Shown here in pieces: positions 11,301 through 19,348 of a stretch of DNA of 64,000 nt. The notes under the pieces were generated by a model. The model had not been told where the DNA came from, did not search any database, and saw only the letters and a list, made by a program, of their open reading frames with translations. The stretch's first letter is position 1. Each line of letters begins with the position of its first letter. The position numbers and the translations under genes were made by a program. The DNA is taken from sequence record ON287376.1; one strand, 5' to 3'.

Positions 11301-12210
11301 AAGTACGAAGTCCGGATTAACTTACCTTAACCATCAGTTCTATTTGGTTGCAGGGACTGTAGGTGACTTAACTGTTAACGACTATCGTAGAAGTAACGGT
11401 AAAACGTACTACGGTGATAAAGATGCCCTCGACGTAGGTAGTCATACTCGTCTTGTACTTGATTTATCATCCAGTATAGCCACCTCTTCATCAAGCGCAG
11501 CTAAATCGATAACTAGTACGTTTGGCGGATCGAATATGTATGGTTACATCGGCGCACTATCTACCGACGTTTATCATGCAGAACCTAGCGCCAGGATAAA
11601 CATTGGAAATATCTTGGTTAAAGACACTGCATTTATCTGGGAGTCTGCGCATAAGGTATCCTTTGGTCGTATCCGTAACCTAGGGGCCAGTTACGGTAAT
11701 TTCGATTCTGTTACGTTTACCCTACCGTACGTGGCGACACCAAACTCAACTGCTACTACTAATTTCACCAATTGTACTTTCAACGGCGGAGTTAATGGGT
11801 TGTGTACCGGATACAACTATTTCAACGATTGTACCATCGCTTCAATTTCGTTAAATAGTTCAGCAACTCCCGAAAGAGCTAAGTTCAACAACTGCTTGAT
11901 TACGGGAAATACAATAATCGACGGAGTAAACGCTACAATCAACTCTAAGAATTTATGGTTCTCATCATGTAGATTCTCTGGTAACGTAGCAATTAGTAAT
12001 ATCAAAAACGACGGCCCCCGTTTCACTGGGCAATGCGTATGTTACGGGACAGTAACGGGTTGGGTTACTCCAAACGGGATTCCGGTAGGTACGATGTGTG
12101 AAAGATTGGGCCCGGCAGCAGATGGAGATGGCTTAGTTTACTACTGCTCTAAGCTAGATCCCACTACTTCTGTATCCACTTGGGTACCTGTGGTTAAATT
12201 TACAGCATAG
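8356..12210 (+). CDS. Double (tandem-fused) tailspike TSP5 (1284 aa from ATG 8356)
   Basis: RITELP anchor, linker, PEMFGAYGTPDKDDSAAIEGA helix 1; second linker (GGGNFIG..PDDGG..W) and VEHFGAIGD helix 2 from about 10420; start moved to ATG 8356 (GAGG SD). Confidence 0.85.
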   Translation: MSDNDLQLRITELPKLDHFDSNSVLPAVGRSQGAKMTGKVNFREMRSYFDLSNAYETIKDGVDATKLGDTFFVYSDGTRVFANEYQNIGGAATPVQDPKEGVIYYPTRMGIVGSLAVGATVGSFDELRNTRPLKEGVSIYLSSYYKGLNKGGGEFIGYYGKRADDGGMVAGDGSNYYWVRNTNFVTPEMFGAYGTPDKDDSAAIEGALNSGLDVQFDGSATYIANRTLVLKSIKWQQFIDGNGAWIKYSDKSRGLINEIDANGVTQRYTKFRSFFNLNLQGPATKNSKWNDVNQCDALCISYGVVENCNFYGWSNALRGFGEAYVNNCFGDDLRTAMFSCYDPGYNEITNSSVGWCSGDAIILKGGSGKAHNVDIVYAGCIDKNNEDGATALPGCIVSCGADGAGSQNIQISNISCQYFGCAGLNIQGDGVTVSGDMNLGSIYEDNFQYANQAAALWIGAKNFTIGNLHFNKVHVGVGINGNCANGSIGKIRIMSKTNLAGSTLFSATDGPNSQITKVIVDAIDFLGASTINNDVYINTDGLYLKSFYIQSLNNLQGGYTVSLRKNARIGKMILAATTSASTSPVMLIESDSVIDELEFRRNFGTALVVENNARPVIKRLSFQYKQGVAAPFVIKGDGTMTLNWGDVDMFGPSVARPQIAGKLVMNSYQGPTFRPFDAAVYAGVSYPNRSVDFVEELRMVGPAKEGDQIELKSYVAGKGIGGGNFIGTLITAPDDGGMAITGNGYSWLRQVQDKRVNVEHFGAIGDYGRITLKGTDSTVALANAIAAAKRLGYSIFFPCSKINEGYYTTKMLVMTGIMNIVGDSIRIYVASDKFDKTSGSYVLCWGNPDTDYKDISGWPNIADIHVEDVSKRASPMSGIFFKFTGGNVGRISARAFDGAGYQFGPVYDSVFAGLVTERCGNETTYSQYWRGNGDETNSITVSNILCHDAYHKGVSINGSKHNIERVHIEATATLVTDDGYTGSTKSGLTYLNHQFYLVAGTVGDLTVNDYRRSNGKTYYGDKDALDVGSHTRLVLDLSSSIATSSSSAAKSITSTFGGSNMYGYIGALSTDVYHAEPSARINIGNILVKDTAFIWESAHKVSFGRIRNLGASYGNFDSVTFTLPYVATPNSTATTNFTNCTFNGGVNGLCTGYNYFNDCTIASISLNSSATPERAKFNNCLITGNTIIDGVNATINSKNLWFSSCRFSGNVAISNIKNDGPRFTGQCVCYGTVTGWVTPNGIPVGTMCERLGPAADGDGLVYYCSKLDPTTSVSTWVPVVKFTA

Positions 12211-12213
12211 AAC

Positions 12214-12235
12214 GGAGGAGGGGAAACCCTCCTCC
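12214..12235 (+). terminator. Terminator after TSP5
   Basis: GGAGGAGGG-GAAA-CCCTCCTCC plus T-tract. Confidence 0.85.
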
Positions 12236-12240
12236 TATTT

Positions 12241-12251
12241 TGTTCCTATGA
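12241..12251 (+). promoter_or_regulatory. Putative late promoter (TATG)
   Basis: TGTTCCTATGA upstream of TSP6. Confidence 0.65.
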
Positions 12252-12282
12252 AACATTACTCTCTTATACTAGGTGCAAACCA

Positions 12283-14478
12283 ATGGCCGATAATTTCAGC
12301 GGTATTAAGATTAGTCAGTTAGACGATCCTAATCGTATTAACGACAACGATATCATCCCGTTCACTAACGATGACATGGGCGATAAACAAACACGTAAAA
12401 TAAAGTTAAGTGCCCTACGTGATCAGCTCAATTACGCCAACGCTTTCCTAACCGTACAGGAAGGTTTAGCCAACACTATCCCAGGACAGATCTTCCACGT
12501 ATACGTCGATGAAACCCAGTTAGAAGTCTACGCGTACCTTAACAGTAATGGTGCAGCAGAGATCGTCCAAGATGCGCAGGGTAATCCTTTTAAAGGACAA
12601 ACCGCTAAAGCGCTGGACTTCATTCGCGGTGAGTTAGGACTTACCATGATCGGTCACGTAAGTTCCTTTGCACGACTGCGTGAAATCAAACCTCCTTTCG
12701 AAGGTGCTATTGTAGAACTTCTGGGTTGGAACGAGGGCTCCACTTACGGCGGTGGTCGTTTCCAAGGCAATCTGTCTACGGGAGCTGACGACAACGGTAT
12801 TGTTGCGGCAGGGGACGGTTTCCACTGGCGCCGTATTAATGTCGACGAAGGCATTAACCCAGAGTGGTTCGGTTACGTGAATGGTTCAGGTAATGACGTA
12901 TCCACTACGTTGAAACAAGCCATTGCTCAGGCGGTTAACTTGAAACGTCCTGTTGTATTCCGTGATGGGGCTCAAATGAGTCTAGCGGTAGCAGGGATTG
13001 AAATTCCAATAGGTGTTGATCTTACTGTGGCTAACGGTGGGAGAGCTTACTTTGAAATCACTCACGAAATCGAAACAACCGGACAGTTCCTTGTCAAAAG
13101 TAAAAACCGAATCTCCGGACTTGTCTTCAACTACCCGAAACAAACAAAAGACATCAATGCTAAGCCGATTGTGCGTTACGGACCTATTTTTGTCGGTGCT
13201 GGATTTTATTCTTCTTTCACGGGAATAAACGTAGGTAACGCTTACTACGGATTTAAGATCGGCGGTAACGACGAAGGTTCCGCATCGTATATCACGATGA
13301 AAGATATTAACGGCGCTCCTATCTATCGTGGTATCTCACTTGACCGTGTTCTGGACATCCCTCGTATTTCCGATATCCATTGGAACTACAACATGTACCT
13401 GAACTCCGATCAGGACTACGCACAATCTCTGAAACAGTGGATTCATGAGAATGGTGAGGCGTTCCACTTTGGTCGTGTTGACTTTGCTGAAGTACAACGT
13501 ATCTTTGCATTCGGGTACAGTAAGGGTATCTTCCTGAGAGGTGAGCGTTATGCAGGTAGCGCCGATTCCATTCGCTTCACAGGTTGCGACATGGACATTT
13601 GCGTTAACCCTATCTACGCTCAGAACTTTAGTGGCCAGTTAGTTATTCGTAACGGTAAGTTCACGGGTAACGGTAATAACCTGAACGGGTTGACTGCACC
13701 AGCTAACGGTTGTTTCAACTACTTCCAACGCGTGTCTCCGTATGCACGAGTCATCTTGGATTCGGTTACCATGAATAACTACGACCGCGACGCTATTCGT
13801 ACGGGTAACGACACGGTCATCAGTAACAGTAAGATCTACTCTTACGGCTTGGACAAACAGCAACGTGCAGCAGTAGCTATCATTACCGATAGCAATGCGT
13901 CGTTGACTGTAGATGCTTGTTACTTCGATGCTACTGGTCAACAGAACCGCGGCATTACAGGTATCAGTACTACCGGTCAGTTGTTAATCACTAACGGTAC
14001 TCAAATCCTTAACGCTTCGTTAGAAGGGTATCGTTGGTTAACCGGTTTTGCACTAGTTGAAGAAGGTTGTCGTATCGATGGTCCATCTCGTAACATCAAC
14101 ACGTTCATCACCAATGTCCGTCGCACTATGTACACGGATAATCTCCCTACCGCAGGCGGTGGATGGATTCGCGGCGATAAAGCGATGTTGACTAACCCCG
14201 GTATCGGTACCCAGGCAACCCAGGGCACCTACACTATCCTGGGCTGGATACGCATCACTGCCTCTAATGCCGAAGGTACCAACCACGTATTAGGTGTTGA
14301 CTGGTTAGAGATCAGATCTCAAATTGAACCTGTCCCTAAGTTCAGTTCAGCAGGTAGCGTACGACCAGCGGTAACTGCCATTGGCTATTACTTCTTCGAC
14401 ACCACATTAGGTAAACCAATTTATCTCAAATCTGCTAACCCAGCTGTTTGGGTTGATGGCAATGGTAACCCTGTTTAA
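12283..14478 (+). CDS. Tailspike/depolymerase TSP6 (731 aa)
   Basis: KISQLD anchor, GGGRF linker, INPEWFG start of helix; C-terminal GYYFFDTTLGKPIY...WVDGNGNPV module. Confidence 0.85.
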   Translation: MADNFSGIKISQLDDPNRINDNDIIPFTNDDMGDKQTRKIKLSALRDQLNYANAFLTVQEGLANTIPGQIFHVYVDETQLEVYAYLNSNGAAEIVQDAQGNPFKGQTAKALDFIRGELGLTMIGHVSSFARLREIKPPFEGAIVELLGWNEGSTYGGGRFQGNLSTGADDNGIVAAGDGFHWRRINVDEGINPEWFGYVNGSGNDVSTTLKQAIAQAVNLKRPVVFRDGAQMSLAVAGIEIPIGVDLTVANGGRAYFEITHEIETTGQFLVKSKNRISGLVFNYPKQTKDINAKPIVRYGPIFVGAGFYSSFTGINVGNAYYGFKIGGNDEGSASYITMKDINGAPIYRGISLDRVLDIPRISDIHWNYNMYLNSDQDYAQSLKQWIHENGEAFHFGRVDFAEVQRIFAFGYSKGIFLRGERYAGSADSIRFTGCDMDICVNPIYAQNFSGQLVIRNGKFTGNGNNLNGLTAPANGCFNYFQRVSPYARVILDSVTMNNYDRDAIRTGNDTVISNSKIYSYGLDKQQRAAVAIITDSNASLTVDACYFDATGQQNRGITGISTTGQLLITNGTQILNASLEGYRWLTGFALVEEGCRIDGPSRNINTFITNVRRTMYTDNLPTAGGGWIRGDKAMLTNPGIGTQATQGTYTILGWIRITASNAEGTNHVLGVDWLEIRSQIEPVPKFSSAGSVRPAVTAIGYYFFDTTLGKPIYLKSANPAVWVDGNGNPV

Positions 14479-14490
14479 TAAGGTATTAAA

Positions 14491-16680
14491 ATGAGCGATT
14501 ACAGCGCTAAGATTACGGAACTACCTGGTGGTTCTAAAGTAAGGGAAAGTAGCCTACTGCCATTGGCAACGGCTAAGACAGCAGGTGGAATAACTGAGAA
14601 GTTTACCGTAGCGCAGCTTCGTAAGGGACTGAACTACGAGAACGCGTACAATACCTTAGCCGAAGCTATTCCTGATACGGTACAAGGCGAGGTGTTCTTC
14701 GTATTCACTGGGCCAGACAAAACTGCGGTAGCTGAGTACCTTCGTGGCGCCAGCGGTGCTGGCCAGGTTCTGGATGAAGCGGGAACTCCTGTAGTCCACC
14801 TGACTCCAAAAGGTATGGCATCTTATCGTGTCATTCCTAACATGGCTACCCTGCGTACCACTAAGCCAAAGAACCCTAACGAAATTGTTGAGGTCACCGA
14901 GTATTACACCGGTAAAATGAATGGCGGTGGTCGCTTTGTATCTGCGGTTAATACGACCGTACCTGACGACGGTGGTTACACTACGATTCGCGTTGATGAT
15001 AATACCGTGTGGTATCGCCAGGATCTGCGTGCGTTGACTTTGTGGGACGGTGGTTGCGATAACTCGGTAGCGGATAACGGCCCGTTCATCCAGAACATCC
15101 AATACTCTCGTTCTTTACAACCGATCAAGGTACCGAGTCAATACTTTGGTATCCGTACGCCAATCGTAATCAAAGCTAACAAAGGGTTTGCTTTGTACGC
15201 AGATGGTGCCCATACTGGTCGTGCCGTTTTGCAATGGATGGGTGGTGACTTTAATGACGATACCACTGCAGTTCTGAGCATTACTGTAGACAATCCTACT
15301 GACTTCACTTACTCAGGTGTAGTTCTGAAGGGATTCTCTATCTTGGGTGGCGGTAAAGTCCTACACGGCCTCTACATGCGTAACGTAGGTTACCCTGAGA
15401 TTGATAGCCTTAAGATCGAGAACTTCAAAGGCGCTGGCCTACTCCTCGACCAAGTTCAGGATGGTTACTTCAACTTCCTGGAAGTTCAAATCTGTGGTCG
15501 TACCTCAGGGGACTACGGCGTTTACGCTGATCTGGTCAACTTGAGCAAGACGCAATTCGCACCGATCCACATCATCTCCAGTAAGTCAGGCGATGCATCT
15601 AACATGCTGCGTTTCCAAGGCGGTCAGTGGGAAGCTAACAACTGTTCCCCTACTGTCTACTATCGTGGTGGTATTGGCCTGTGGATCTCCAAGATTCACT
15701 GCGAGCAGCGTAACGGCCCGATGAGTAAGTTTAAACTCTACGATCCTAACTTTGTCATGGACACCAGTCCTGAGAAAGCGGGTCGTGTGTTTATCCAAGT
15801 AGATGGCTCCAGTTCGTCCGAAGTCATGCTGGATCAGATGCAGTCTTCTGAAACCGAACGTTTCGTTTACGCCGGTGGTTACGGTGTGGTCATGATCACG
15901 AACACAACGCGAGGGGGCGGTATTTGTTTAGCCTCTGCCAACCGTGAGTTTGCCATGACTATCACCAATAGCTGGTTGACCGACTGCTACTTTGGCCCGT
16001 CTTCTCGGGTATGGATCGACAACTGCCGTCTTGGTAACCTGACCTGGTCTTACCCGTCTTATACTGGACTGATTTCCAACACCATGATGAAAGACGTCGT
16101 CATGAACAACGACGGCTCTTTCCCGGATATCAACTTCAATAACTGTATCTTCGATAACTTCACTAACTACGTGAAGAACGTCCGTGTTACCGGCGGACAC
16201 TGTAAAGGTAACTTCTCCTTCAACGCCTCTGGCGGTGGCGGCGCAGTAATCGGTACAGTTATTGATGGTACGTTGAGCGTTGATACCAAATGGGGTATTG
16301 ACTTCCGTCCATCTGGCGCAGTGATGAACCAGGTTTACTCAAATAACGCCCCTGCGGAACAAGCGCCTAACGGCACTCGTCCAAACGGTTCTATCTGGGT
16401 TAACAAGAACGTGGTTGCCAACGCACCTGACGGCACTCCTATCTCTTGGGTTAAAGACGCCGCCGGTAAATGGGTTCCGTTTGCATTCGTTGGTACCTTA
16501 GCTAACGGCGTGGTGGCGAAAGAATATACGTTCGCTAACTTACCAGGGGCATCTTTGGCTAAGCGTGCGATTGTTACCTGTACGGATACAGCGAAAACGC
16601 CTAAAGACCAACTGATCTATTCCGATGGGACTAACTGGCGTTACGTGTCCGATCCTGCCACTGTAGTAACTAAAGGCTAA
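14491..16680 (+). CDS. Tailspike/depolymerase TSP7 (729 aa)
   Basis: KITELP anchor, GGGRF..PDDGG..W linker; body resembles TSP4; C-terminal LIYSDGTNWRYV module; 12-nt gap after TSP6 (same operon). Confidence 0.85.
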   Translation: MSDYSAKITELPGGSKVRESSLLPLATAKTAGGITEKFTVAQLRKGLNYENAYNTLAEAIPDTVQGEVFFVFTGPDKTAVAEYLRGASGAGQVLDEAGTPVVHLTPKGMASYRVIPNMATLRTTKPKNPNEIVEVTEYYTGKMNGGGRFVSAVNTTVPDDGGYTTIRVDDNTVWYRQDLRALTLWDGGCDNSVADNGPFIQNIQYSRSLQPIKVPSQYFGIRTPIVIKANKGFALYADGAHTGRAVLQWMGGDFNDDTTAVLSITVDNPTDFTYSGVVLKGFSILGGGKVLHGLYMRNVGYPEIDSLKIENFKGAGLLLDQVQDGYFNFLEVQICGRTSGDYGVYADLVNLSKTQFAPIHIISSKSGDASNMLRFQGGQWEANNCSPTVYYRGGIGLWISKIHCEQRNGPMSKFKLYDPNFVMDTSPEKAGRVFIQVDGSSSSEVMLDQMQSSETERFVYAGGYGVVMITNTTRGGGICLASANREFAMTITNSWLTDCYFGPSSRVWIDNCRLGNLTWSYPSYTGLISNTMMKDVVMNNDGSFPDINFNNCIFDNFTNYVKNVRVTGGHCKGNFSFNASGGGGAVIGTVIDGTLSVDTKWGIDFRPSGAVMNQVYSNNAPAEQAPNGTRPNGSIWVNKNVVANAPDGTPISWVKDAAGKWVPFAFVGTLANGVVAKEYTFANLPGASLAKRAIVTCTDTAKTPKDQLIYSDGTNWRYVSDPATVVTKG

Positions 16681-16688
16681 TATAGACA

Positions 16689-16716
16689 CCCTTGGCAGTA
16701 CTAACGCTGCCAAGGG
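16689..16716 (+). terminator. Terminator after TSP7
   Basis: CCCTTGGCAG..CTGCCAAGGG. Confidence 0.75.
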
Positions 16717-16726
16717 GTTTATGTCG

Positions 16727-16737
16727 TGTTTCTATGA
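16727..16737 (+). promoter_or_regulatory. Putative late promoter (TATG)
   Basis: TGTTTCTATGA upstream of TSP8. Confidence 0.6.
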
Positions 16738-16768
16738 GATTTCGAGCGTAATCAAAAGGTCCAGTATA

Positions 16769-19270
16769 ATGAACAACAATCAAACTAAAATCAGCGAGTT
16801 GCCTAAAGGTGCAAAACTCAAAGAGTCCAGTTTACTACCTGTTGTCAGTAGCTCAGACACCGCAATTGAAACAGAACGCTTTACTCTATCTGATTTCAGA
16901 AGCTGGGCTAACTACGACAATGCTTACTCAACTTTGGCTGACGGCATTAAAGACACTGAAGTGGGTAATACTTTCCTTGTTTACACCAGCGATAACAAAT
17001 ACTCCGTAGCAGAATACGTACGTCTCCCATCCGGAGCGAGTCAGGTTATTGATGGTGAAGGTAATGCGGTTTTTCATTTAACAGCTAAGGGAAGAATCCC
17101 CGTTAAGACAATAGCTGCATTACGTAATCGTACCCCTACGTTAGAGGGAGAGCCGGTCTACGTTATTAGTTACGACGAAACTGTAACTACAGGCGGCGGT
17201 TGGTTCATCGCCAAGAAAGGGGCTGTAGTTGACGATGGCGGTCACCTTATTTCCGTTAATGAATCCTGGTATTGGGAACGATCCGCTAACGAAGTTAACC
17301 TCTTAGACTACGGGATTAAAATCTCTTCTCGTGAAGCCGGGAAAGAAGTTTATTACGACGTCACGGATAAACTGCAGGCTGCGACTAAACGAGCCGGTGA
17401 CAAAGGCTGTCCGTTAGTTTCCAGTGCTACGTTCCAGAACGACCCAGGCAACGACGGTTATCCACGTTGGGGTTATTTCATCACCAAAACATGGGATATC
17501 ACCGGACTTAAATATCTGAACGGTCAGTTTAACATCCTGGTTCGGGGTAATACGTTTGCTGCCACCGGAACAGTGCCAATGGGCGGAACTACTCCATACT
17601 GCATCACTGCACTTAATTGTAAGTGGGGTACGGACGGTAAGTTCTTCGGTACAACGTATGGTAACCTTGTCATCGATAAGTTGAATCTGTTCAACATGGA
17701 CGGATATAACCCTAATGTTGTTCTTAACGGTATCTTGATGATTGCATCGGGTTCTCGTTTTAACTTCATGATGGCAACTAACTTCAATGGCCGCGCTATC
17801 CATTTCGCTGACTCTTACGATAACGTAATGGGTGACATTCGAGTAATGTGGTCTGGGAACCAAAGCGCCTTTGCATTAGAAGTTGGTGCATGGAAAGCTG
17901 ACAGTACGTCTAGTCGCGATGAATCTAACGCCAATACATTCTTGGCAGTAATGGCGCATAACTGCCGTGAGAAGTCGTGGTTGATTGCTGGTAGTAAAAC
18001 CAACGTTGTCCGTATTCACGATGAGGCAATCTTGTCCACTACGGCAACTCCGAGTAATCCTATCGGGATTGAATCACGAAATGGTTACGGGTACACTTCG
18101 TGCTACTTCTCTTCAATTGGCGGGCACTTAGGTGATGTCAGTTTCGCTACTTTCGACAAAGCATCTACTGTTAAACCAGTATTGACCATTGGTTCTTCGG
18201 TCACTTGTAGTTGCGACAACATCGCTTCTGGTCGGGATGGCGCGAACGTTGCAGTTATCTCAGGCGATCCAGGTCCAAGTGGCGCTGGTACTATCGCATC
18301 TGTTACCTGTAACGAATTCCGTACACTGGCCAACGCCAGGACTGCGACTACCGCGCTGGTTTGTAACAACGCAATACTTGTGGATCCTAGCTCCCCTATT
18401 TTGTCAGGGACGATCAACGGAGATTTAACGTTGATGTCCAGCGCCACTTGGATAGGTCTGAGTAATCTTCGCGTTGGCGGCGTGACCAATGTTGGGACAC
18501 CTGCGATGTTTAGTAACTGTACGTTCAACGGTTTACTGAATATCACGTTCGATAACTTCGGCACCATCCTTAACCGGATGCGCCATACGTTCGAACACTG
18601 TAAAATAAACGACGCCGTTAAGTCAGATACGTCGAAAGTCATTTTCCGAGATTGCTCACTTATTTCGACTAAAGACTTTACTATTACGGGTGCGGGTGAA
18701 GGAGTACGCTTTGAGTCTAGTCGCATTAACATGAACGTCATCATGGACAATAAAGCTAGTCTTGAATTCATCGACTCTGAGGCGAATGGGACTAACATCG
18801 CTACCAGTTCTACCGGTACAATTTTAGTTTCTAACTCTAGCTGGTCGACCGGTGCAATTAATGCTACCGCAGCTACGCAAGTTATTATCCGCGAAGGTTC
18901 AGTAATGCAAACCTTGAACGGTGTAGTTAATCTTAGAGTTATCGACTCAACGGTTGCTTCTCCGTTTACGTTGGGTAATAACGCTCGTGTTTGGTTGTCT
19001 AATGCAAACATGAATGATGTAACGATTTCTGGCACAGGTATTAACTTGGATGCCGATAAAACGTTCTTCAACCGTTTCGTATTTGATAGCGGCAAAACCA
19101 ATACCGGTGCGTGGCGTATCTCTCAAGATTGCGTTGCGTGGACAACTGCTAACTGGGTTGTTCCTACCGTTGTATCGGGTTACGGTGTACGTACTTACGA
19201 TATATCTACTGGTACAATTTATAAGGTTGTATCTGGCGCATGGAAAGCAGTAACTGAAACTACAGCGTAA
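16769..19270 (+). CDS. Tailspike/depolymerase TSP8 (833 aa from ATG 16769)
   Basis: KISELP anchor, GGGWF..DDGG..W linker, long beta-helix; start moved to ATG 16769 (AAGGT SD, downstream of the TATG motif). Confidence 0.85.
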   Translation: MNNNQTKISELPKGAKLKESSLLPVVSSSDTAIETERFTLSDFRSWANYDNAYSTLADGIKDTEVGNTFLVYTSDNKYSVAEYVRLPSGASQVIDGEGNAVFHLTAKGRIPVKTIAALRNRTPTLEGEPVYVISYDETVTTGGGWFIAKKGAVVDDGGHLISVNESWYWERSANEVNLLDYGIKISSREAGKEVYYDVTDKLQAATKRAGDKGCPLVSSATFQNDPGNDGYPRWGYFITKTWDITGLKYLNGQFNILVRGNTFAATGTVPMGGTTPYCITALNCKWGTDGKFFGTTYGNLVIDKLNLFNMDGYNPNVVLNGILMIASGSRFNFMMATNFNGRAIHFADSYDNVMGDIRVMWSGNQSAFALEVGAWKADSTSSRDESNANTFLAVMAHNCREKSWLIAGSKTNVVRIHDEAILSTTATPSNPIGIESRNGYGYTSCYFSSIGGHLGDVSFATFDKASTVKPVLTIGSSVTCSCDNIASGRDGANVAVISGDPGPSGAGTIASVTCNEFRTLANARTATTALVCNNAILVDPSSPILSGTINGDLTLMSSATWIGLSNLRVGGVTNVGTPAMFSNCTFNGLLNITFDNFGTILNRMRHTFEHCKINDAVKSDTSKVIFRDCSLISTKDFTITGAGEGVRFESSRINMNVIMDNKASLEFIDSEANGTNIATSSTGTILVSNSSWSTGAINATAATQVIIREGSVMQTLNGVVNLRVIDSTVASPFTLGNNARVWLSNANMNDVTISGTGINLDADKTFFNRFVFDSGKTNTGAWRISQDCVAWTTANWVVPTVVSGYGVRTYDISTGTIYKVVSGAWKAVTETTA

Positions 19271-19278
19271 GATAAATA

Positions 19279-19306
19279 CGATGGCCCGGATCTACTCCGG
19301 CCATCG
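19279..19306 (+). terminator. Hairpin after TSP8
   Basis: CGATGGCC(C)GGA-TCTAC-TCCGGCCATCG. Confidence 0.7.
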
Positions 19307-19317
19307 TGTTCCTATGA
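19307..19317 (+). promoter_or_regulatory. Putative late promoter (TATG)
   Basis: TGTTCCTATGA upstream of TSP9. Confidence 0.65.
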
Positions 19318-19348
19318 ATATCTACAGCCTTAAAATAGGACTAAACAC

